Source: Tubiluchus corallicola
Lineage: Eukaryota > Animalia > Priapulida
Direction: 5' to 3'
DNA length: 64,000 bases
NCBI GenBank assembly: GCA_030141605.1
Contig: JAQGDQ010000610.1
Coordinates: 1-64,000, forward strand
Shown here: positions 1-23,760 of the stretch, one piece after another
Layout of the letters: each line of letters begins with the position of its first letter
Numbering within the stretch: the first letter of the stretch is position 1
Made by a program: the position numbers and the translations under genes
Notes under the pieces: model-generated
Database searches by the model: none
What the model was told of the DNA's origin: nothing
What the model saw: only the letters and a program-made list of their open reading frames with translations

Positions 1-207
1 GGGTATGATTAGTACGTTGACTAGATTAGGGTACGATTAGTACGTTTATTAGATTAGGGTACGATTAGTATGTTGACTAGATTAGGGTACGATTAGTACG
101 TTGACTAAATTAGGGTACGATTAGTATGTCGACTAGATTAGGGTACGATTAGTACGTTGACTAAATTAGGGTACGATTAGTACGTTGACTAGATTAGGGA
201 ACGATTA
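1..207 (-). repeat. 28-bp tandem satellite, left array (truncated by window edge)
   Basis: About 7 units of GGGTACGATTAGTACGTTGACTAGATTA. This is the reverse complement of the array at 2546-3606, with the same order of variant units. Adjacent units form TTAGGG. Confidence 0.97.
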
Positions 208-518
208 ATATTATCGACATTTTTTTATTTTAACTTTTTTTGAAAACATGAATTTTATCACTGATTATTAAGAAATACGTAATTTGAACAACTTTCTCGA
301 ATATGAAAACATCAATACAAGGAATATATATATATATTGTGTGAAATATATTGTGTGACGTAGAAAGAATATCGCGATGCTGCAACTTGGTGTATTTTAC
401 CCTTTTCACCGGCTACAGAAAGAAAAAAATGTGTCGATCTGACACACCTTCTGCGTACCCCTGGCATTCCTGTTGCGTACCCCCAGGGGGTACGCGTACC
501 TGCGGTTGGGAACCACTG
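208..518 (-). mobile_element. hAT (Charlie/Buster-like) DNA transposon terminus leading into the 28-bp array
   Basis: Minus strand from 518 reads CAGTGGTTCCCAACCGCAGGTACGCGTACCCCCTGGGGGTACGC, a CAGTGGTT(C/T)CCAA hAT-type TIR followed by a palindromic subterminal region. The matching other end was not found in the window. Confidence 0.7.
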
Positions 519-2545
519 CAATAAGCATACATTAACTCAAATCAGTACAATGGTGCATTGTACAACATTAGCAACAAATAGTCATTTGTTCGTGGCAGAT
601 TCCTTGCTAAGCGATAGCCAACGTGCTTCACATTGTATAAAAACGAGCTGCAATAATAATAATTTATTGGTCATTTAAAATGCATTAACATTAAAATGGA
701 CAAAGGCATTTTACATACATAAATCCTAACACATAAACAGTACTATTATAGATAAAGCTAAAATCGTAATACATGTACATTAAAGTCACTAGAAAACAGC
801 CCAAACACCAATACTTTAAATCCATATTAAATTCTTAATTAATCAAAAAGACTTCTTTGTAAAAATAACTGTTAAGAAAGGATTTGAAGCTCTCAACATT
901 AGTCATTTTATGCGCATAAATTGGTAAATCCTTCCATAATTTTGGTGCTGCTATGCTAAACCTATGAGATCCACGCGTGACTAGATTATAACGCAGTACA
1001 TTTTGCGATCATCGCAGCTCGGTTTGAACAAAAGTGTTACACAAGCTGATTAAGAAGAATTAACACACTGTAATAAACCTTTTCACAATTCCAGCGATTG
1101 ATGGTGATCGTGGAAAGGTCGAAGGGTTAAGTGCACCAGTAAACGCATTTGTGTACACTTGACAATGCCTAGCAGCCCACGCTACTGTAATAGAACAGTT
1201 TTAACAGCTAGCTAGAACCTTATCTAGTTCATTTTTCCTTGTTCCCAAGCAAGATCCAGCTAGTAAATCACTCTATAACTTATACACAGACTAATGCATA
1301 ATAAAGTAAAGACCACGTAGTTACTGAACTGATGATGCAGACGGCTTTGCTTTAATCACATGTCACGTGGCGGTTGTAGATAACATGCGTTGCTGTGGCA
1401 CACTTAACCCTTGACCTACAGCAAATGCACGAGCGTACAACAAAACTTGAAAAGGATTATTACAATAACCAGAGTGGCATTATTCCTGTAACTTCACGTT
1501 TATTCACAAAAACAAAACAATTTAATTTGAAATGAGTTTTGCATAACGTTCACTCTTACACTTGCTACCTTTACCTTTGCGTTAAGTAAACTTATATTAA
1601 CATTACCAATATAATAGCCAGATTAAGCAAGGCACTTTGCAAAATGTGCTCAGAGTGACACCAAGCTTTTTCTATAACTGTAAAATAGTTAAGCACGTGC
1701 AGAAAAAAAGTTCAATATTTCTTATTAAATTTTAGAGTACAATGAAGCATCTTTATACTGTCCACTTTGGGACTCCAGACAAGTTGGCATTATAATGAGG
1801 TGCATCAATACACACATGTCTATGCAAACATAGATGTTTTGTTTGTGCCAAAAATTTGGGTGTTAAGCGAGGTTGGCAGTATAAGGGAGTGGGACATAAC
1901 AAGCTTTGACTGTACATAAAACTTCCCATCTTATGTCACGTCACATTTTACAATTTTAGGGTAAAGTCTAACGCATGCAAATAGAGTTTTTCAACGAAAA
2001 TTCCTTCTGTAATTTGCAACCACTCACCTGAAAAAGATTGGAAGTAGTTTACAATTCCCAACAGTGCCAACCCAAAGAAAGTCCAGAGTAAGGAATTGCC
2101 TCACCCTACCCCATGATAAAAAAAATGCCTGGATTTTGGGCAGTTTATTTGACAGCTTCCAAGTTCTGTCTAGCACACCACCACAATAGCAGCAGTAGCA
2201 AGGAGAACACGCTGCCATCCCACTGCTGTTAATCTGGCTAGTTGTTAAAAGATTATAACACACTACAAACAGTTAGTTCTAGCAGCACATGTGCTTATAA
2301 AGCGCCAGACGTGTGCTGTAATTGACCAGATTTGGTAGTTTGATAACTAGTCATTCGGGTTGATTGATAACAACAAATAACAACAGACCCATTTTCTGTT
2401 AGCAAGCATCTCTTTTGCCAATTAATGTTTCAAACATTAGAAATTTCGAGATTTCCTTTTATGAAAAATATTATTTTATTTTTTCATCATTTGGCCGGTT
2501 CCCGAAAAATTTGGTGAATGCCCCAAAAAATGTATTTGCCCAAAT
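519..2545 (-). repeat. ~2-kb inverted segmental duplicate of 27437-29454
   Basis: The reverse complement matches 27437-29454 over its whole length, with scattered substitutions, a 7-nt indel (TATAACT near 1274) and 1-nt indels. Both breakpoints are sharp. Confidence 0.97.
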
Positions 2546-3606
2546 CTAGTCAACGTACTAATCGTACCTAATCTAGTCAACGTACTAATCGTACCCTAAT
2601 CTAGTCAACATAGTAATCGTACCCTAATCTAGTCAACGTACTAATCGTACCCTAATTTAGTCAACGTACTAATCGTACCCTAATCTAGTCGACATACTAA
2701 TCGTACCCTAATTTAGTCAACGTACTAATCGTACCCTAATCTAGTCAACATACTAATCGTACCCTAATCTAATAAACGTACTAATCGTACCCTAATCTAG
2801 TCAACGTACTAATCATACCCTAATCTAGTCAACGTACTAATCGTAGTCTAATCTAGTCAACGTACTAATCGTACCCAAATCTAGTCAACATAGTAATCGT
2901 ACCCTAATCTAGTCAACGTACTAATCGTACCCTAATTTAGTCAACGTACTAATCGTACCCTAATCTAGTCGACATACTAATCGTACCCTAATTTAGTCAA
3001 CGTACTAATCGTACCCTAATCTAGTCAACATACTAATCGTACCCTAATCTAATAAACGTACTAATCGTACCCTAATCTAGTCAACGTACTAATCATACCC
3101 TAATCTAGTCAACGTACTAATCGTAGTCTAATCTAGTCAACGTACTAATCGTACCCAAATCTAGTCAACATAGTAATCGTACCCTAATCTAGTCAACGTA
3201 CTAATCGTACCCTAATCTAGTCAACATACTAATCGTACCCTAATCTAGTCAACATAGTAATCGTACCCTAATCTAGTCAACATAGTAATCGTACCCTAAT
3301 CTAGTCAACGTACTAATCGTACCCTAATCTAGTCAACGTACTAATCGTACCCTAATCTAGTCAACATACTAATCGTACCCTAATCTAGTCAACGTGCTAA
3401 TCGTAACCTAATCTAGCCAACGTACTAATCGTACCCTAAACTAGTCAACGTACTAATCGTACCCTAATCTAGTCAACGTACTAATCGTACCCTAATCTAG
3501 TCAACGTACTAATCGTACCCTAATCTAGTCAACATACTAATCGTACCCTAATCTAGTCAACGTGCTAATCGTAACCTAATCTAGCCAACGTACTAATCGT
3601 ACCCTA
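2546..3606 (+). repeat. 28-bp tandem satellite, right array (~38 units) with a 280-bp higher-order repeat
   Basis: Unit TAATCTAGTCAACGTACTAATCGTACCC. Diagnostic variants (GTCGACATACT, AATAAACG, ATCATACCC, CGTAGTC) recur at 280-bp spacing. Confidence 0.97.
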
Positions 3607-4984
3607 TCATACTGCACAAAATTGAATCCTGTATACCGTATTCTATATGTATTCTAAAAACATTTGTACTAAATTATACCCTTTCACTTAGCGTAACCCA
3701 TATGAAGATTAATAATATTTCTCTAATATTAATAATATAATAAAGTTAACGAGAACAACAACAACAATAACGATAACAATAATAATAATAATAATAATAA
3801 TGACAACGACAACAACAACAACAACAACAATAATATATTAATAGTATTATCTATATAATATATAAACTCATAATTTATATTTCAAACCAATTAAATTTAG
3901 AGATCAATTCACTGATTAAGAACAAAAAATTATCGTAAAAAGAAAATGCGGTCGAGCCAGACCTAGTTAGTTAATTTTACTGACCACTTGATAGTAGGTC
4001 CAACAATAGCATGACAAAACAATAATAATTGACATAAATGCATAACACGCACATAATCTAACTTAACTTAACATCAAAACGAGATACTTACAAAAATTAA
4101 GTATATACACACTATATAAATGGTATGTTCAAAGTTTTAACTCAAGTATTTAAATTTTGATAATACACCTTTCTTTAATTCACAAAAAAATTTGGGTATA
4201 AATTCTAAAAAATATCAACATCAGTAATTGGCTGACCTATGTGTCTAACACATTAAAATTAGTACCAGGCTCGTTTAGCTCTTTATTCTTTAGAATTTTA
4301 GTCATGCTTAGACAGTATTTGAAGTTATAGACATGTAACTAAAAGACAAACATCTGTAAAAGGATTTTTTAATGAATGTCCTTTTTAAACTGAGTACTTC
4401 TTGAAATGTTCTTCATCGAGTGGCACATTAAAGTCTTGTGGACCACTAGGATACTTAGCATCGTTTCAACAAACATTATTGTCGGATGTGGTCGGTTTAA
4501 GACACTCAGAACGCGACTCCTTGAAAAGGAAACCCTTCCAGCATTCCTATCATTGCTAAACGGACCTCGTGAAGCCAAAAATACAGCTTTCACGAGACAG
4601 GGAAAGTGCTGTCCTCTACAGGGAAAGTGCTGACATTACCGACAAAACAACCAATAATTCACTACAAGCACTTGTTCCCAAGCCTGAGGCCTGAGTAAAC
4701 CGAGTTAGTTTATTCACGAATTTTACGTTTTATAGTGAGACACTAGCAACACCCTGTACGTGACTCCGCCCTCTCCACCCCCGCAGCATGCATATAGGCG
4801 TAGGACTGAGTGCAGGAATGTATGTCAATCGGGAAAGAGTATTTCATTGCCCGCGCCTTTAGCCATTTGAAACAAACTTTTTCACTAGCACGTTTTCAAA
4901 AACAATTCGCAAGTTCAAGTATTTTATAAACTCACTCATCATAAGTTAAAACAACACAACTTTATTACAACTTTTACTTTACAC

Positions 4985-5446
4985 AGTTAAAATCATGCCA
5001 GACGTTTCGACAGTCATCATCAGTGGCAAATTAACAAATATACAAACAGTTTATATAGCCAGAGCCTATTATGCACTAATTAGGTAGTTAACAGAAGCCA
5101 AATAGGTAATAAATAAGCAGACCAGTAAAGAAACTGATACAGTAGCTTATGCATTAATTATGTATTTACAAAAGCCAAATAGGTAATGATTAAGCAGACC
5201 CGAAGAAAAGAAATTGATACAGTAACAAATAGCTAAATGTTTGAAAATAAAGTTAAAGGATTTGAACTGCTTTGTATATTAAGAGTATATTAAGTCGCAA
5301 TGGCATTCATGACCTGATATGGCACCCACAAAAATCAAACAAAATAAATTTATTATGAATACAAGCAGTTTATACAGGCAGAGCCTAATATGCACTAATT
5401 AAGTAGTTAACAGAAGCCAAATAGGTAACAAATAAGCAGACCAGTT
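4985..5446 (-). mobile_element. Penelope-like element 3'/pseudo-LTR fragment (rearranged)
   Basis: Shares long blocks (GAGCCTAATATGCACTAATTAAGTAGTTAACAGAAGCCAAATAGG...) with the GIY-YIG-bearing copy at 13587-14275 and carries a hammerhead motif. Confidence 0.75.
4996..5028 (-). ncRNA. Minimal type I hammerhead ribozyme (Penelope-associated)
   Basis: Minus strand reads TGCCA-CTGATGA-TGACTGTC-GAAA-CGTC-TGGCA: 5-bp stem I, intact CUGAUGA and GAAA cores, ACGT palindrome in place of stem III, GUC cleavage triplet. Stem II is very short. Confidence 0.7.
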
Positions 5447-5939
5447 CATAAGTTACTGTAGCAGCCAGTCTAACAGTTACGTCATAATTTTTAAAAGAAT
5501 GGCAGCCACCGCCACGCCTGAGAATTTCAATACAGTATATTGTTCATGCTTCATAGACAGGTTTTTAAAATTTTCTTTTGTTACAGTTTTCTATTTTTAA
5601 GCAATAACAATAAAATAAACCTATCATGCTAAGTGACTTGTCCAAAAAACCAAACGTAACTTCTACACCTGAGCTCAGGTAGCGGTGTTTTCATAGCCCG
5701 GCAGACTGGTAAATGAATTTAATAGCAACTTGTTGAACTTGACTACTAGCAGCTCAGTGCCCTAGTTCTTTTGTGCAACTATTTGGCAATTAGCGAATTC
5801 TCTGCCTAACTTCGTGGGAGCCAACTCAGCTGAATGTACTAAACCACGGAAAGTACACAATGTTTAAGGCAGTAAAGAGAAAGGACACACGGGCAAGTCA
5901 AATTAGGTTGAATTAAAAAATCAACTTTTCCAATTCCTT

Positions 5940-6553
5940 AAAGGAAGACAGGATGATTTTTATATACTACCCGATTTTCAAGTCATACTAAAAAGTATAC
6001 ATTTTAACACAATTAATACTGCAAAAACATTTCTGATAATTAAATGATAGATTAAAAATTTAATTAACGGCAGGCGAGCACAGCTACTGATGACATCACA
6101 AACGAACATAATTTTCAGCGGCGAAAATATTCCACGAGTGTGTTGCACATGTTCGGAAAAACGAAAACTGAAGTACAGTGCTACTATAAGAGATTCAGTA
6201 TGTTGTACTAAAACTAGGCAAGTTTTAAGATAAAAATTCAGATTTCAAATTTGCTAACGCATGAGCTGTCGAACGTGTGTAATTCGTCACAAACTAACAC
6301 ATCTGAACTGAGACGTACAGCGCCTGTTTTTGTGCAACGCGTTTCCGAAATGCAGGCGCTAGTGCCCGTCTAACAAGCAAATGGCGAAATGTATGTAACA
6401 GCGAAGAACTAGTAGTGCGAACGTGAAAATGTGTTTGTGTGGTAATAATTCTTTTATGTAAGTCAGTTTTGAAAAAGTAGTATGTTTCCTTTCAATATTT
6501 TAAAAAGTAGATTGTTTTGACCCACAGTTTAAGAATGGGTCCGGTTTTACTTT
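5940..6553. mobile_element. Non-autonomous TIR element with TTAA-flanked AGG-type ends (Kolobok-like)
   Basis: TTAAAGGAAGACAGGA ... TCCGGTTTTACTTTAA. Related copies at ~16500-17125 and ~17755-18118, and related ends at ~33940 and ~47455. Confidence 0.55.
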
Positions 6554-6976
6554 AATCCCGTCTCGCATTTAGTTTATGAATATGCACATGCAAAACCGTT
6601 TACATACGTTTATTTAAAATAAAATACTTTGCTAATATTTGCTTGTTTAGCAGAAATGCGCAGTTTTAACATGGTACGTCATGTTCAGTTTTTAAGCATA
6701 AGTTTGTAACTGCACAAACATGTCAGAAAACGGATTTACAATTTGGTTTAAACTGCATTTTATTAACAAACAAATTCGATATGCAACATACATACACTTC
6801 AAGAGAAAGTTAAAAGGATTGGCTATCTGGTTCAGAAGAACCTATATTAAAGCCTCTCCACAATTTTAGAATTTATGGAAACACTGAAAAAATACACATT
6901 TAATATTAATAGTTATAATATGACAGCATACATATATAATTGATAGCAAATACCAGAAGTAAAAACTTCACACGTA

Positions 6977-7093
6977 TAGTAGGCGCCGCTCACGGTTAAT
7001 AGACTCAATCGCTTGACTCAAAAACGCCTGGAACGGGTTAAATGGGTCAAAACACGTCGGTTCCGAAGCGAGTCTATTAAGCGGCGCCTACTA
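6977..7093. mobile_element. Small Tc1/mariner-type MITE
   Basis: Inverted termini TATAGTAGGCGCCGCT ... AGCGGCGCCTACTATA with TA flanks. Confidence 0.6.
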
Positions 7094-7479
7094 TAGTTCA
7101 CTGCCTATATTGATATTATTGATATTGGTATCGTAATTTAATATACTTTTTCTCTTCATTATTTTTGCTTCATTCACCTTACTTATTATGTACAATTTTT
7201 GCTTTGTTATTTTACATTTATATTGTTGTTTATAAGACATCAATTTATAAGACTGCTAATTAAAAAAATTAAGTCACTTTAAAAAATCGGGATGATTGTG
7301 TGAACATTAGTTCAGAATAAAGAATGCTCTAAAATATTGAAAACTACAATAGCTTTTTTTAAATCAAAGCTTGGATTAAATAATAATTACATCGGATACT
7401 CAATTTTCGTTAAACTTTCAAAGCTGCGCGCGGCTCAGTGAATCTACTAAGATTGGCAACGGCGCCTTTTTGACACATT

Positions 7480-7970
7480 TCGCGTGACTGACAAATAGAA
7501 GGCGGTACCGTGATAACCATGATCATGAACTGCAGTGTTAGTTTCTGACGTCATATGACGTAGGCCCATTTTCCTGACAAAGGGAAGATTGCACAAACTG
7601 GACTTAGTTTCTGACGTAAGGAATAGCTGAGGTTAAGTGAACCAGGCAACACTTTTGTGTACACTTGACAACGTCTCGCAGCCCATGCTGTTGTAATAGT
7701 AACAGTTTTAGCAGCAAACAAGAATCTTACCTAGTTCATTTATTCTTGTTCCCAAGCAAGATCCTGCTAGTAAATCACTCTATGCACAGACTAATTCATA
7801 ATTAAGCAAACTCCACGTAAAACAACTGAAGTATACTGAACTGATACAGCAGACGGCTCTGCTTTACACACATATCACGTGACGGTTGTAGTTAAGATGC
7901 GTTGCTGTGCTACACTTAACCTTTGACTTGCAACAACTGCGCGTGCGCACAACGAAACTGTGAAAACGCT
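7480..7970. mobile_element. Dispersed MITE family (Harbinger-like)
   Basis: Similar to 1074-1455, 28530-28898 and 50797-51188 (TTGTTCCCAAGCAAGAT, GCAGACGGCTTTGCTTTA, CACTTAACC blocks; termini like AACCTTTTCAC / GTGAAAAGG). Confidence 0.6.
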
Positions 7971-8050
7971 TATAACTGCAAAACGTGAAGTATATTGGAA
8001 TTGCAAATTTTCAGGCACATAGCCTGTACAGTATGCATTATGTGTACTTA

Positions 8051-20169
<12,119 letters not shown>

Positions 20170-20994
20170 TTATCACTTAGTCATAGGTTAGATGTTGTAG
20201 TAATCATTAAAACCTATTGTTCACTATCGTAATAGCGCTGTCACCCACACTGTGATTTTTTAAAAAAATTGATATTTCCAACCAAAACTTATTATAAACT
20301 ATGTTCAAATATGAAGTGCCCTTATCAAACCCGAACGAGCGGTAAATAAGTAAAAATTTCACCATAAAAAAGTCACTAATGCATTTTAAGGAATTCAGTC
20401 ATAACAGTGCGAATTTCAACGAACGCCTCTAACTATGAATTTTTGCCACAAGACATAACAAAGTACCCGAAAAGTCCGAAAAACGTCTTTCACAGTTTCA
20501 CATCAAAATGATCTACCAGGAAGTCCTTGTATAAAAGCGCACTCTATATCCTCAGTTTAATTTTAATGATTTTATTTACCACTTTCCGTGCACACTACAA
20601 CTTTCTGGTTCTACTACTGAAAAAAGTCAAGAATGAATGAATTTTAATAAATAAATTGTAAAAAGCTAAAAGTGTTGGAGCAACCAGTGCTGACAAGGCA
20701 CAGAAAATCCAGTGCACAAAATCGCAATCTGACAAGCTGTACGACAGTGACTTGAAGTGCCCAACATGTTAGAACGATAAAAGTGTTGATTATAAAATTA
20801 CGACCAATGAGCAGAAAAGACACTTGGGTGAATTTATGAATCAGCTATACAGATAAACCACATAAATTATATGGCTATTGTAAAATAAATATTTACAAAT
20901 TGTAAGTACATTGGAATTCAGGGGACTGCTACAAAAGAATATTTTTTCCTTTAAAATAACGAAATTTTTTCAAATGATTAATGAAATTACAATT

Positions 20995-21300
20995 TTTTAA
21001 AGTGCTTTCAAAGGAAGCTAAAGAGGGAGCCATGACAACATGTGGAGGAAGAGAATTCCAAAGCGAAAATGATTTTGACATACTGTTTTGTTGCACCTAG
21101 GAAGAAATAGTTTATAAGGATTACCCCTCAAAGCGGCCCAACTAGGCATGAATTTACGGAAATTCAGATGCCTCAGTTAAACCTAGATCAACTCTAGCGA
21201 TTTTGGAAACCATAATCAAGTCACCCTTCAGCCTTGTGAGTTTTAGTGGGTCCATGAAGAGTAAAAGTAATCGTTCCTTTGTATGGGCAACCCATTCTCG
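20995..21300 (-). mobile_element. CR1-type LINE 3' remnant
   Basis: Degenerate RLKGDLIMV..LRGNPYKL..WNSLPPHVVMAPSLASF motifs. Confidence 0.7.
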
Positions 21301-23449
21301 ATGACCTGTCACATTTTCACATGGTACATTGATTTTTGAATGATAAAAAGCACATATTCAATTTTATTTCCCAAGCAATAAAACTGTTTTTAAAGTTCGA
21401 TTTGAACCAGTGTATTCGTATAGATTTAGCATACAGATCAACTACATGTACGTTCTTTAGTTCAGTTTAGAAACATCATGCAATTAGCTTAGTTAACAAA
21501 ATGGAGTCACATAATAAAGTGAGACTACAGTAAAACTACAGTAAAACGTGAAAGTTCTTCTTCTTCTTTGGCTGTAAAAAGAAGATACCAAAAAATTCTT
21601 GTTGGCATTTTAACGAAAATATTCAAAACGATAATGAACAATTTGTGCGAAAATTTTTTGTTATTGGATAATTGAATTAGGTACTATACGTGTTACATGG
21701 CGGATTTAAACAGATTTCTTTTGTTTCAAATATGATGCATTATGTGATGCTCAGCGCAAGTGTGTATATCATGCATGCATAATCAGCATAATTAGTTTGT
21801 TATATCGTTAATTATTATTTGTGTTATTGTTGTGTTTCATGATTTATTGTATTATTTGTATTAATTTGTGATGTGTATATGAACTTTGTGAAGTTAGAAA
21901 TAAAATATTAAATCTAAAAAATCTAAAATCAGCAAGTAAGACTTAGTGTATCTGGTTGATCAATGTTTCCCAATATTAGATTTTTCAGTTTTATACTTGC
22001 ATTATTATTATCTGAAGTGGCAGGGTGAGTTGCAGTGGAGGCTTTTTGCCAAATTTGCCATTTGTTTGCCATAATAACATTGTTAGTTCTATTAGCAGCA
22101 AAGCACAACCAACAGGTGAAGTAGCCTAAACTCAACACGCAGTGTTTCTATGTCTGTTACTGATGCTATCACTGCTCTATACTAGACTATTACCATAGTA
22201 ATTATAGCATCTCTATTACTTTATCTGTACTATTACTGATCATTGATATTATCTAGCACCGTATTCAAGAGTGAAAGTGAAATTTAATAATAGAAGTTAC
22301 ATGGGCTGTATAATATTTTTCACTCAACATGTAATGCCACTTTTGTGACATATGCGACACACTGTATTTTTTATAATCCTGAAAATTACCTATATAAATA
22401 GCTACCAGTTCTCAAGTATGGATTGACTAACAGGATCTGCATTATAAGGGGTTCATCTTAGAACAAGTTGTAATAAAAATGAATTTAACCTTCTACAGGC
22501 AATATTAATTAATTGTCACCAAAATATGCAACAGATAGTAGCAAATCTCTTACAACCAGCAGCAAATGCATTCAGCTTTGAACTACTTACTGTGAAGAAA
22601 ATATCTTTTGTTTGATATCCTCACACAAAGAATTGAAGAGCTACATATTAATTTTTTTATTGTAGACATTGAGCCTCCATCCCTTATCAGAGCACTTATC
22701 CAAGTTGCTCTTTACTTGCCTGGAAGCCATTTAGCAGATTTTAGTGCTTTGAACATTTATTCAGAAATCTTAAAAACTGAATTCGATACAGATTCAAAAT
22801 CTTGAAAATTAGTTTGACCCGGGCTCGAGAATCACAATTTTTATTCGAATTAGTTTTCTGGTAGAGAATGTGACACTGTGTAGTTTGTACGCAGAGTATC
22901 TATGCTTTCATAGTCATTGCAGTCGTGAACAATTCCCTGGGCTAAACAAGCGTATCGGGGGAAATACCTATGATTTCCCATGATGCAGGTTGTGATTTTG
23001 ATATAAAAACCAATACTAATACACTAATAGTAATACATGATACGTGTATTTCAAAATTTTTTAATTTTAAAGTTAAAATAACTTCAGTTGGTACTGTTGT
23101 TATGTCTAGCGTGAGGAAAATTTTTTTTCTATTAGAGTGCTGCTTGCCTTTCTAGGCCAGTGTTGTTAATGTTAGTCTAAACATGCCCGGGTTGTTGGTA
23201 AGTTTTTGATCCTAAGCTGTGTGACTTTTTTACTTTTAATCTTACCGTGGATATCGTCGATACGCTCGATCTTCTTCACCACCAGTGGTGAGTAAGTAGA
23301 CGTCAATAAAAAGTGTCTGTCTGCGAGATCAACAACACGAGTAATATGCATGATCTTTATATGACTGATTTTTACTGGTGGCTCGAAAACTCGTTCGAAA
23401 ATCTTTCAATCTCAATTCGAATTCAATATAGAAGATGCTCAATTCATAG

Positions 23450-23760
23450 CAAATGTGCAACGAAGGGCTACCAAGCTGGTTCCATCATTCAGTGACTTGG
23501 ATTCCACAGAAAGACTAAGAAAATTAAGCATTCGTGTGATTAATCATCATTTTTTTGAGGAATTCAGCAATTACAAGAGGACATCCTTATAAACTCTATA
23601 AACCGAGAGCCAGACTGGATGTAATAAAAGTATGCCTTCTGCAACAAAGTAGTAAACAGTTGGAATGGTCTAAGCAGCAAAACTATAGCATCTAAATCAA
23701 TAAATGAATTTAAATGAAATTTAGAATATGAGTGGAATCACAAAAATTTCTTGTACCATA
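23450..23760 (+). mobile_element. CR1-type LINE 3' remnant
   Basis: QRRATKLVPSFSDLDSTERLRKL...TRGHPYKLYKPRARLDV...VVNSWNGL, with indels and stops. Confidence 0.75.

Noticed and set aside
2546-3606. Regular 28-bp repeats resembling a CRISPR array
   Set aside because: Units are head-to-tail with no unique spacers, there are no cas genes, and the context is eukaryotic.
3755-3835. (AAC)n/(AAT)n tract
   Set aside because: Ordinary compound microsatellite with no coding context.
4369-4633. Overlapping short ORFs examined as possible GRB2 exon 3 (SH2)
   Set aside because: No WxxG / FLIRES-type SH2 motif was seen in the minus-strand frames.
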